NCBI GenBank assembly: GCA_043228905.1
Contig: JBHGNT010000009.1
Span: 11,160,001 to 11,224,000 of the forward strand
Origin: Azolla caroliniana
Lineage: Eukaryota; Plantae; Polypodiophyta
Length of the DNA: 64,000 nt
Reading direction: 5' to 3'
The notes under the pieces are model-generated. The model was given only the letters and a program-made list of their open reading frames with translations. It ran no database searches and was not told where the DNA came from. This document shows positions 36,175 to 48,900 of this stretch, piece after piece. The number at the start of each line of letters is the position of its first letter. Positions within the stretch are counted from its first letter, which is position 1. Both the position numbers and the translations under genes were made by a program.

Positions 36175-37474
36175 GTGGCTCATTCCTCCATATCCTAGAG
36201 TGCTAAACTTTGCAAAGTTTTGTAAGACAAATGAGGACTTTAACAACATATATGGTCTGTCACTAGAGGGTATTGACCTTGCTGTTCTAACAGATAAATT
36301 GATTAGTGATGTAAACTGGTTGTCAGTTTAAAAATTGCACAGAGTGAAGTGCAAGGTGAAGTTGAAGCATGTGCGACCGGAGCTGTATGATGACTACATG
36401 ACGCTCCACTAGAAAGTACGTCAAGAGATCTAGGTCGACAACGAGTTGTCCGTTGCATTCGTTAGAGCTTTTGCATACGAGTATTGCAATGTAGGTGGGA
36501 CGTCAGTAGAACGATGCCGGAAGATAGGGAGCTTGCAACAAAAGATGGCAAGATTCTGGAGCATGGCAATTGATGATGCAATTGCCGACTCACCACACCG
36601 AAAAACAATGAAAGCCAATGCCGACGATACAGGTGAGACATTGATTAGCCATATGTTGAAAACTGTCCATGAAGCCTGTGAGACATTGGAGGCAACGAAG
36701 ACTGATTTAGAGAAAGCAACATTGGCTACTGTGATGGAAAGCAAAATCACTTTGGCAGTCACAACAATCAGAAATAAGATTCAGGTAGCTACTATTTTGC
36801 TAGTATGTAACATGTTATAAATAAATTGTACATGAAAATCTTCTCAGTGAGGCATTATCTAGAACAAGTTGCTCAACATGAGCTCGAAACTAAGGGGCCG
36901 CTGGATTCCAAATGGAAAATACAACTCCAGACGGAGATTTGGGTTCTTTCAATGAACCTGGATCTTCTAGGTGTAAATACTGTCGTTGATAACAATTTGG
37001 AGAACCTCCAAGTATGTTAATGATTCTTGTTTCTTGTTGTTCTATCTTCCTCATTAAGGATTGATAAATCGGTAAATTTCTGGGTTGCATTGTAGGAACA
37101 ATACTCTCGTCAAGAACAGGTAGCTAGCTGCCTTAAGAAGCAACTAACTACATTTTGTGGAGGGGATGGTAAGGAGTGGAAAAGAATTGGACCTCAATAT
37201 TCTTGCTCCCTTACCAAACGTAGGAGAAACAGGCAACAATATATTGACTATTCAAGCACATTGCATCTCTTGTGGCTTAGACGTAGAGGACAAAACTGCT
37301 ACTTTTCTTGTACACTTACGACCATGCCACCACACATACCATATCACTTGTTTTGCATATGCCTGTCGCAATAGAGCAGTTTGTTTGGGGAATTGCAATA
37401 CAACTCTCCCTTATGAGTGGAGAAAACAATCAAGTAAATTTGCTGCTTGTCTCTATTGTGTAGTAGCTAATTAG
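36175..37474 (+). pseudogene. Disrupted spliced coding remnant ending in a RING-like Cys/His domain; possibly transposon-borne
   Basis: ORFs 36446-36820, 36826-37020 and 37157-37474; the last has C-x2-C...C-x-H-x2-H-x2-C...C-x3-C (CISC...PCHHTYHITC...CLGNC); in-frame stops upstream. Confidence 0.4.
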
Positions 37475-38958
37475 TTACATCTTAGCTAATTAGCTAAGCC
37501 GTATAAAGTGTGGTAGCTAATGAGGAGAGATAGAAAAATGATAAAGAATAGAAGAGGAAGAGAAAATGATACTTCAATATATTATTAGGAAAACAATACA
37601 ATTTTCTTGGACTCTAAAAAGAACAACCCCACCAATGAACTACGTTAATCTTAATGACCCTAATTGATAATAGTCTTTTCTTCTTCTCTCTTTCTTCCAC
37701 TAAGACTCCTTTCACTTCTGCTAGCCTTCTTATTCTTCCTCTTCCCTTAATTGCTAAGAATACCTTCCTATTTATAGGTTTTTGGTTGCGTTATTCTTGC
37801 TTTTTTCTTTTCTTTTATTTTTTTACATATCCTCAAGTTTATGTGAGTCATTTTTTTATATTACTAGTTTAGCTTTGTCATCCCAAATTTGTCATATTAA
37901 CTATCTTCATGTTCCCCAAAGGGGTCTCTAATAGTTTGAGAGCTTGGAAATGTTTGTCATTTGATTGCAATATAGAGCTATGACCAAATTCTCAAACAAA
38001 GTGGCCTTCCTCCTACCACACTTATTTTGGACTTGAATTGGATTCATAGGGTAGCAACAATGGATGGAATGTGCACCATGGTTCCAAACTTTGTGATTAC
38101 AATTTGATTCTTTGCACCATGAATATAGCTAGAAAAAAGTGATAGTAAGGGTGGTTGATCCGATGTGCTTGACGAACTATGTGATGCATAAAATAAAATG
38201 GGCAAGTCTTACATAACTCTTATGCCAACTTAATGATGTACAAAAAACCACCTTGATCAACATTAGAGCTAGCATGGAGTTGCTCTCTTTTAGGTTGGTT
38301 GACCTTGATTTCCCAATTCATTAGTGTTTTCACGTGTTAAACGACATCCATGGGGGCAAAGGCATCCTACCTAGGAACACTTTTTTCTGAGATATAAACC
38401 ACTTAAGGAAGCCTCAAGGTACATTTAAGGGTTACACTCCTTTTTGTACTTCTAGAAACATGTATTTCGAGAAGCATTTGTACCAAGTGAGAAAATGTAC
38501 AACCTCCCCAAGATTCAAAACAATTTATTTCAAAACCCAGGGTGGAATCCAACAAGAATCAATGGTAGGAAGTTGTAATATGGAGCCTAATGGAAATATT
38601 AGGGTACACCACTTCTCGTTACATTGGAGGATGTAAAGCCAAGGGACAAAAAGGTAAGGGACTTGAGTGGGTACCCAAATTGAAAAATAGAGAAGCCCAT
38701 GATTACAAACTCCTACAAACTCCCACAAACTATTAGAGAGTCCCAAAACAAAGAAAAGTCACTATGGAAATGTCCATGGATTCATCAGTGAGGGGCTAGG
38801 AAAGGACATGGAAGCTACTTGGCATATCAAGAAGGGTGTCACAATAGTCCAAGGATGACAATAGAGAAAATCCTAATTTTTGCAACTCAAATGAGATAGA
38901 ATATGCCACATACCCAAGTGACAAGAGAAACCTCGATTAGGAATAAATGGAATCCTAC

Positions 38959-41900
38959 TGTTGAGAATCAAGCTGAACATAGTGCAACGTGTGAACACAC
39001 CTTTTGAGAATCCATGATTACTCAAAGGTCAAGAGTCACACCACTACTCTCTACACATTAATCTCTATATAAAGCACCCTCCTCATACTTCATACTAAGT
39101 CGGTTGTGACTCTTTGTTATGCTACATTTTGTAAATCTCATTCTACTTGTGAAATATACACCTTCTTCTTGAGTATTTTATTTTCCTATCATTTATCTAT
39201 CTTGAGTTCTCTTTTTTCTCCTCTCTTATTCTCTCACACATATACGCACATAACGCACATCTATTCCGCTGCACAAGAATCACCATCGATTCTTTACATG
39301 GTATCAGAGCGATTTGGTAGCTCGATCTAGCCCACTCGCCTCATCGTGATCGTCTGTTGTGCTCTACGCTGACGTTCAAGAAGAACCGGCTCATCGCTAT
39401 CATAGTACCCAAAGAGAGAAGGAAAAGAAGAAAGGAAGCTTAATCGACAATGAATACTCAAATGGGGAGCGCTCTCCCTAGCGAGAAGTTGGATCACAAC
39501 AACTTTGCATCTTGGGAGTACAAGATGCACCAATACCTTGTCGGCCAAGGCTATTGGAGTTACATCAAGGGAGCACAAGAAAACCGACCCGACCCGAAAG
39601 ATGCCGACTACGCATCATGGGAGCAAGCGGCGAGTCGAGTAATGTATTGCTTGGCGACATGTGTACACGGCCACATGCTTGGCTACATTTGAGAAGCCGG
39701 GATGCCAAAGGAAGCGTGGGAGAATCTACGAAAGATTTTCGCTATCAACACGGCCGTGAGGAAGCTTCAACTCTACCAAGAGTTAAATAATATCCAACAA
39801 AGGGATATGTCCGTCACAAGCTACACTTTGAAGATCAAGGAGCTTTGCGACTCGCTCAGCTTGATAAGCGTAAACATGGAGGATGATGAGATGGTGGAAA
39901 TATGCCTCGGCGGCCTTGCACCACGATTCGGCACGATGAGGATTGCCGTACTAGCACGGGAGAATCCACCCTCCTTCGATCTTCAATCCATGTTATTGGT
40001 TGAAGAGAATTATGTTCGAACAAGGAACAACGCCTCGGAAGGCCAAATGCTCTACATACATTCGAACGGAGGAAGAGGACGCGACCGTGCAAGAAGAGGC
40101 CGATTCGGCCAAGGATGTGGCGGACGAGGTGGACAAGGCCCGATTTACGAAAACAACTCTCAATTATGCTAACAAGATGGAGGCCATCGAGGAACCTTTG
40201 GAAGAAGGGGGAGCCACCATTCCGGTTCGAGTCAACAAAACTCAATCGAATGGGGATATTGCGGAAAAATCGGCCATCGCGAAGAAGACTGCCGCAAGAA
40301 GATGCGCGAGTCGGCGTCCACAAGCCGACAACTCACGAATTACACCACCAACTCCGAGTACGACGATTACGACAGACTATTCGTGATGAGACATAGAGCA
40401 AACTCTATGCCGGCTTCTACATCAACTAGTGCCTCCGGTCTGGAAGACGTATGGTTCGTCGACTCCGGTGCTTCAAACCATATGATGTCCCACAAAGAGT
40501 GGTTCTAAGACTTGCAGGAGCCGGATCAACCCGGTTATGTCGAGATCGGAGACGATACTACTCATCCGATTCGGCATGTTGGGAATGTCCCATTTGGGAA
40601 AGATGGTGAACAAACTTGCATCAAAAATGTATTACATGTACCCACCATAACGAAGAATGTGGTTTCGGTTGTCCAAATTGTGGAGCAAGGGATGCAAGTT
40701 CGATTCAACCAAGGTGGTTGCTTCATCGAGAAGGAAGGACGACTCATTGCTCGGGGTCGAAAGGAAGGTTGAATGTTTATCCTCGAGTCAAACGAGGTGA
40801 AATCGTCCATGTAAGCAAAGGGCCTCAAACCCGACACCGACATAGAGTTATGGCACAAGCGGATTGGCCATATCAACCTTCAAAAGCTCAAGGCAAAGCA
40901 ATCGAAAGGAGTCTTCATCGGACTCCCGACCTTCAAAGAGCGAGAGATTGAAGGCATATGTGCGGCATGCCAATTCGGCAAGCGACATCGGCATCCATTT
41001 CCGAAGGAGAGGAATGTAAGCAAAGGCATACTCGATGTAATTCATTCCGATGGATGGGGACCGGCTCAAACGGCGACATTCGGCGGATGTCGATACTACA
41101 TGACCTTTATTGACGACTTCTCTAGGCACACTTGGATCTACCCGATGCGGCAAAAGAGCGAAGTGTTCGGACACTTCCAAAAATTCAAGAGTGGAGTCGA
41201 AAAAGCTACGAGTCGACACGTACGGTGACTTCGATCAGATGGAGGCAAGGAATATTTCTTGGATGAGTTCACAACGTATCTACGGAAAGAAGGAATTTAG
41301 CGAGAGTTTTCGTGTCGACATATGCCACAACAAAACGGAGTGGACGAATGAACGATTCGGCACATCCTCGAAGTAGCACGTGCCGAAGTCGTACTGGGCA
41401 GAAGCGGCTAACACAACCGTATACCTCATGAATCGGTGTACGACATCCGGCGTGCATGACCTCATGCCGCACGAAAAGTTTTTCGAAAAGAAGCCAGATC
41501 TATCACACGTCCGGATATTCGGCTCCATTGCGTATGTGCACATCCCCGACGAAAAGCGACAAAAGCTCAACTTGTAGTCGGAGAAATATAACCTCATCGT
41601 ATACTCACTGGAGTAAAAGGGGTACAAGTGCTATAACCTCATCGGATTCCGCATCTTGGTACGCACTAGAGACAACTTCGACTCCGATTCTGCTTGACCC
41701 GGAATCCACCGAACAAGAGATAGAGGATGAAGATTGCTTTACGCGCATGTTCGAAGAAAGTCCAATCACAACCCGACTGAGTAGTCCACAAGAGCCTCTG
41801 AGTAATCAAAGCACATCTCGACCGAGTCCGAAGCTAGACAAAGGGAAGGCCAAAATGCCGGAATATGAAGATGATCATTTCGACGGCATCGAATCGACTC

Positions 41901-44349
41901 ACTCCCTCAATAGTGAGTTTGAAGGCGTTGACATATAGACAAATGGAGTGAAGAAAGCCTTAGAATCCGCAAACGAGAAGCTCCACCGATCCACTCGTGA
42001 AAAGAACCCCGTAAGCTGATTCGGCTACGATGAGTACATGGTGGAAGGCCAAAATGCCGGAATATGAAGACGATCATTTCGACGGCATCGAATCGACTCA
42101 CTCCCTCAATAGTGAGTTCGAAGGCCTTGACATACAGACAAATGGAGTGAAGAAAGCCTTAGAATCCGCAAACAAGAAGCTCCACCGATCCACTCGTGAA
42201 AAGAACCCCGTAAGCTGATTCAGCTACGATGAGTACATGGCGTGTACCATTACGCATTTATGTTGAAGGTGGCAATAGTACGGGAGCCGGAAACCTTTTC
42301 CGAAGCCGCGAAGGACCCGCAATGGATCGAAGCAATGAACGAGGAGATGCGTGCATTACGCAAGAACGAGACATGAGCTCCGTCAACCGCTACTAAGCTC
42401 GACTCGTAGCGAAAGGATACACACAAACACATGGAGTCGACTATGAAGAGACCTTTGCCCCAGTGGCAAAGATGATGACGGTGCGGACCGTGATCGCACT
42501 TGCAACGGCAAAAGGGTGGCACCTCCACCAAATGGATGTCAAGAACGCCTTTCTTCAAGCCGAATTAGACGAGGAGGTGTACATGGTACAACCATCCGAC
42601 TTCGAATCGCACATTCATCCAAAAGCCATATGCCAACTCAAGAAGCCTCTCCACGGCCTCAAGCAAGCACTGCGTGCTTGGCATTCAAAGATTACGCAAT
42701 ATCTTAATCAAATCGGCTTTCGAATGTCGAAATCGAACAACTCCCTCTACGTATGACACGACTCTAGAAGCTTAATTGTCATCATCCTATACGTGGATGA
42801 TCTGGTCATTGGAGGTGAAAGTCTAGTCGACATCAATAATGTCAAGTCCCTCCTCTCCAGAAAATTTGAGATGACGGACTTGAAGGAGCTCCATTACTTC
42901 CTTGGCATCGAAGTAATTCAAATTCCAACTGGCATTATGATCTCTCAACGGCACTACATCCTCAACTTATTATACAAGTTTGGGATGACGGAGTGCAAAA
43001 CGGTCGCTATGCCTCTCGATCAAAACCTCAAACTAGATGTTGACTCCGGTACAGACGAGTGCGAGCCGGCCCAATATCATCAATTGATCGGGAGCCTCAT
43101 CTATCTCACGATCACTCGACCCGGCCTTAGCTATCCAGTCAGACTCCTTAGCCAATTCATGCAAACTCCGCGAGATATCCATTTCGATTGCGCTAAGCGA
43201 GTATTATGATACGTGAGCGGCACAATGGATTATGACGTTCTCTACGCATCGGCCACACCAATACAACTCGAAGGGTACACAGACGCGGACTAGACAAGCT
43301 ACAAACCCGGTCGACGATCAACCTCCGGATTTTTCTTCTCACTCGGTAGCGGAGCAATATCTTGGAGTAGTAAGAAGCAGCCTACCATCGCACTTTCGAG
43401 TACGGAGGCCGAATACAGGGGCGCAATCGTAGCTGCATGTGAAGCCGTATGGCTCAAGAGGATTTTGAAGGATCTGGGCGTCCCCATCAAGGATCCGACT
43501 CCCATTTACTGCGACTACATGATTAATATATATCTGGCTCGGAACCCGGTGTTCCACTCACGCACAAAACATATCAAAGTGCACTATCACTTCATTTGAG
43601 AGTGCGTACAGGCCGAAGATGTCGACCTTCAACACATCAACATGAATCTTCAGACGACCGACATCTTCACCAAAAACTTAGGAGCTGATAAGCTTCGGCA
43701 ATTCATGTCAGACCTTGGATAGACGATCCCTAACTTGCCAAGCTTGAGGGGGAGTACAAGCAAGAACCGGTTACCGTCCGAACCAGGTACGAGCCGAAGC
43801 GGACATCGGAGATCGTCTGAACCGGATACCAGCCGAAGCGGACATCAATCAAAAGGAACCAACCCGAGTTGAGCTTGAGGGGACGTGTTGAGAATCAAGC
43901 TCAACATAGTGCAACGTGTGAACACACCTTTTGAGAATCCATGATTACTCAAAGGTCAAGAGTCACACCACTACTCTCTACACATTAACTATGTGTCATA
44001 GAATCATATTTTATGACACATAACTAATGAGTTACATATTCCCCATGACTACGAGTCTTCACATTCCCCAAGAGAGAGAGTGGTTGTTGTAAGTTAATGA
44101 AGAGAGAGGGTGACTCTATATAAAGCACCCTCCTCATACTTCATATTAAGTCGGTTGTGACTCCTTGTTATGCTACACTTTGTAAATCTCATTCTACTTG
44201 TGAAATATACATCTTCTTCTTGAGTATTCTATTTTCCTATCATTTATCTATCTTGAGTTCTCTTTTCTCTCCTCTCTTCTTCTCTCACACATATACGCAC
44301 ATAACACACATCTATTCTGCTGCACAAGAATCACCATCGATTCTTTACA
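38959..44349 (+). mobile_element. Full-length but degenerate Ty1/Copia LTR retrotransposon
   Basis: 5' LTR 38959-39298, PBS TGGTATCAGAGC (iMet) 39299-39310, gag-PR-INT-RT-RH in broken frames, 3' LTR 43886-44349, TSD CCTAC (38954-38958 and 44350-44354); the 5' LTR lacks about 124 bp present in the 3' LTR. Confidence 0.96.
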
Positions 44350-45091
44350 CCTACAAAGGGGAGGATTCCAACTCAAGACATAGACTTCATAGTTCTCATA
44401 TGGGGAAACATTTACAAGAAATGCGTCCCAATGATCTAGATGAATGCTCAAGGATGGTGCAAAGGACAAGCTCTCATTTGGTTTGCAAAAAACTCCCAAA
44501 GTGGAAAAGAAAATGAGGATACACCCACAAACCTAACAACCCCATGTGTGGGCACCTAAAAGTTGATGGGTAGGTACAATCAACATTGTGACTATTGCCA
44601 TACACTATGCATTTATGATTGACAAGGTTGTGCTCATTGCCACTCTCACTCTTTGTCAAGAAATCTTCAAGAAGCTAACAAAGACATACCAGATGGGGTT
44701 CCCTACCGAATTTAATGAGAAAAACAGATAAACACCCCCAATAACCAAAGGTAAATACAAGTTAAAGTAATTTCATGTGTTGACTTGAACACATGTTTTT
44801 GGTTACAACAAGGTAAGTTGAAATCATAGAGCATCATAACAACTAACTTGAGCACCAACATGATCATCAACAATGTAAGTGACTACTGCATAAGTAAGCA
44901 AGTCTTGAGTAAAGAAGATGTAGTCATCGTGAAGAGGATATCTCAAGTGAAGAATATGTGCTCGAGAAAACAAAATGAAATCATGTGAACTTTAACACCA
45001 ACACACTTGAGGGATTGACATGTTCAAAAGGCAAGAGAAAAATACATGCTTGAGCGTGTAGCTTTCAAAATAATTTATCAGTGACCAACGC

Positions 45092-45895
45092 TATTGGTAG
45101 AAAAATGGGCCCATGAAGTGGAGACTGACAAGAACTACACGCTCCCTTTGAACAATGCTCGGCCACAACCGAGCCTAGAATAAAACACAGAAAAACAGGA
45201 AATGAAATGCACGACACAAAGGAGAGAAGAGTACACAGGATGTTTACGTGGAAAACCCAAAACTCGGGAAAAACCACGGCAGCCCACAGACCGCAAACTA
45301 TCACTATGTCAGAATGTACAATAAGAAAGCACCGAGGCCACGACCTCGGGTTTGCTATCTTCGCCACAAGCGGCGGTTACAATCAGAGGCAACGACCTCT
45401 TCCTCTCTCTCACTCTCTCTGTACACAGTTGCGCGCTCTAATCTTGCGCCAACAAGAATGACAACATACATATCAAAAGTTTGCCCTAAGTCATATTTAT
45501 ACTAATATGACTTTTCGGCTATTTACAAATATAGCCACGATGGACTCTCAGAAACATATTTACGAATATGTCTCGTCATCCGGAGAGCGCTCCTCACCGG
45601 GTCTGAACCATCCGGCTCTCCGTAGCCAGGTACTCCTCATCCAGTTCTCACTGGGTCTGCACCATCCGGCTCTCCGTAGCCTCATCCGGTTCTCACCGGG
45701 TCTGCACCATCCGGCTCTCCGTAGCCGGGTACTCCTCATCCGGTTCTCACCGGGTCTACGCTATCCGGCTCTCCGCAGCCGGGTACTCGTCATCCGGTTC
45801 TCACCGGGTCTGCCGTAGCTGGGTATTCCTCATCCGAGTTTGCTCATCAGTACTGTTCTTCTGACTTCCCATCCGGAGGGACCTGTTTCCTAACA
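45092..45895 (-). mobile_element. Isolated Copia-type LTR related to the 48901-54675 family, with internal 54-bp tandem repeats
   Basis: Shares GGCCACAACCGAG, ACGTGGAAAACCC, GGGAAAAACCACGG and TTTGCCCTAAGTCATATTTATAC with the reverse complement of the 48901 LTR; begins TGTTAGGA on the minus strand; no matching TSD found. Confidence 0.75.
45576..45836. repeat. Tandem array, about 5 copies of a 54-bp CCGG-rich unit
   Basis: CTCATCCGGTTCTCACCGGGTCTGCACCATCCGGCTCTCCGTAGCCGGGTACTC at 45681, 45735 and adjacent positions. Confidence 0.9.
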
Positions 45896-48800
45896 GAGAC
45901 TACTTGAATATTTAGCTCTCATAAAAAGAAAAAACGAAAGTTGAAGAACAATGCGCTTAGAGACAAGACAAGATACATGCTGTCGAGACTCGTGGGTAGA
46001 AGATAGAGTGAGAGCGAAAGAGAGAGGGTGTGTGTGTGTGTGCGTGAGAGAGAGAGAGAGAGAGAGTGAGAGAGACAAGACTTGAAATAGAAATGAGATT
46101 ATATTATGATGAAACAAGATTACAATGAGTAGGCTAAGGGCTAAAGACTGGTGTTGAACCGAATGAGTTGAAACAAATGTATAGACAGTTATTTATAGGT
46201 CCTTATGGAGTAATCTAGAATGTTCTAGAATATTTTAGATTTTATGATAAGAAATATAATCATGAAATATTAAAGGATGTTCTAGAATAATCTAGAATGT
46301 TCTAGAATATTCTAATATCTTGTAATAACTAGAAACATAATTATTATAATCACACAACATATATGTAATTACAATGGTTAAGGGTTCAACACATAGACCA
46401 AGAAGTCGTGGGTTCGATTCTTGATAACCAAAATGTTGTCTTCATGACATTATCCCCCCCTTTCGAGGACTTCGAGGACGAGTTCCACGAGTCGGAAGAC
46501 AAGAGTTCGGACTTGGTTTATAGGGATATTTGTCGTGAAATGCAACAACCATGTCGGAGGCATTAGCAAGATGCTCGGCAGGCTCCCATGTTCGATCATT
46601 AGGTGTATAACCGAACCAATCAACCAAATAATATAGTTTGTTGCGGATGATCTTGGAGTCGAGAATAGAAGCAACCTCATATTCAGAGCCATTGGAAACT
46701 TCGATTGGAGGTGGGGGAGGTGTAAGATGACCCGGAATAGAGCTTGTTGTGTAGGGCTCCAAAAGTGAAACATGGAAAACCGGGTGAAGACGCATATGAG
46801 GAGGGAGATCAAGACGAAATGTCACATCATTGATCTTACCAGAGATCACATATGGGCCAAAACGTTGATAATCCAATTTGTAGCAAGGTCGAGTGGTTTT
46901 AATGCTACCTTGTAAGAGCCATACACGATCTCCTACTTGAAACATAGTCGATGAATCACGCCGATGAAGATCAACAATCTTCTTTTGAGTGTTTTGGGCA
47001 TCACATAAATGATGCAAAAGTATATCTTGAATTTCTTGGAGTCGAGTGAGCCGATCTTCAGCAGCCGGGTTTTTCGGGATTTCGGGATGTTCAAGCATCG
47101 TCCAACGAGGATGGTACCCAATGTTAGCAAAAAATGGGGAATAGCCAGTAGAAGAATGTTCGGAGTTGTTGTAAGAAAATTCTGCCAAATGTAATAAATC
47201 CACCCAATCATCTTGTTGATAGTTGACAAAACAACGTAGATATTGTTCGACTATTTGGTTGGTGCGCTCACTTTGCCCATTAGTCTCTGGATGGTAGCCG
47301 GAAGAGAGTTTACAAGAAGTATGTAAGAGTTTGAACATGTGCCGCCAAAATTTCGAGATGAATTGGGGACCCCGATCACTGATAATATCATCTGGAAGAC
47401 CATGATGGCGAAACACCTTCGGCATGAGTAAATCGGTTGTCTCTTGACTAGTAATGGTCTTCGTGCATGGAAGGAAATGTACCATCTTCGTAAAATGATC
47501 GACTACCATGAGAATAGAATCAAATCCCTTGGAAGTTGGAAGATCCGTAATAAAGTCCAAGGAAATAGATTTCCATGGGCTCTCCGGAATAGGCATTGCC
47601 TGTAATAGGCCATATGGATGATGTCGAGGCTTTTTTGATCGGCAACATGTATCACAACTACGAACATAATCCGTAACAAAATGGCGAAGCCGTGGCCACC
47701 AATATCGGCGAGAAATCAACTCAAAAGTCTTGTGGATGCCGAAATGTCCAGCCATTGGCGTGTCATGACATTGTTGCATGACTTTGAGTCGAGAAGGACC
47801 GTCAGGCACATACAAGAGAGTTTGTCGAAAAAGCAAACCATCATGCCAATTGAACTGGGTGTAGTCTAGACGAGGATTTTTAGATTGAGAGCTGGAAGCA
47901 CGAAGTGGGATAATATGACTCAAAACCTCTTGGGCGAATGCATCTGTCACAATCTACTCCCGAATGGAATCAAGAAGCCTCGAATCTCCTGGTGTGTTGA
48001 TAGTATGTATTGCCATTACTCGTAGACGATTAGGACCTAAGAGGATTTGCTTTTGACTTTCAAATGCGGCCTCTCCTGGTTGAAGTTCCATATACGAACG
48101 TCGAGATAAAGCATATGCTTTTCCTTGTTGCATCCCAGGGTGATATAGAATTACAAAATCAAAACGAGTTAAGAACTGCGCCCAACGAGCTTGTCGACGA
48201 TTCAAGACTTGAGCACTTTGGAAGTATGTTAGATTTTTGTGATCATTGAAGACAATAATCTATTGAGAAGAACCCTCCAAAAAATGACGCCATTGTTGAA
48301 AAGAATCCACAATGGCAAGAAGCTCTTTGTTGTGAATCTCATAGTTGATTTCTGCGGCTTCAAATTTCCGTGAGTGAAAAGCTACAGGGTGCAGTTCACC
48401 ATCTTCACCAATTTGGGATAGTACGCTTCCAAGTGTGAAATCAGATGCATCAGCTTCAAGTATAAAGCGCTTCATTGGATCAACATGCATTAAAATTGGT
48501 GCAGATGTAAACGCTTGCTTTAAACCCTCAAATGCAGAGTTCGCATCTATACCCCATACAAATGGTTGATTCTTGCGCGTTAGTTGAGTGAGGGGCAATA
48601 CAATCTTTGAATAATCTTTGATGAACTTGCGATAAAAGTTTGCGAACCCTAAAAAACATTGTACATCTCGCATAGACTGTGGTGTTTGCCAATCCAAAAT
48701 TGTTTGAACCTTTGATGGATCCATAGAGATGCCATTTGAAGAGACTATGTACCCCAAAAATTCCACTTGACACTGGTCGAAACTACACTTCTCCAATTTT

Positions 48801-48900
48801 GCATAGAGACCATACTCTCGTAACCGTTGCAAAACTTGGCGAACATGTATCTCATGCTCCTCTTGAGTTTTTGAGTAGATCAAGATATCATCCAAGTAAA

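Noticed and set aside
37900-45060. Old Gypsy-like element hosting the 38959 Copia
   Set aside because: Flanks look like decayed retroelement sequence but are too degraded to support a call or boundaries
45576-45836. CRISPR array
   Set aside because: Head-to-tail repeats without unique spacers, inside an LTR
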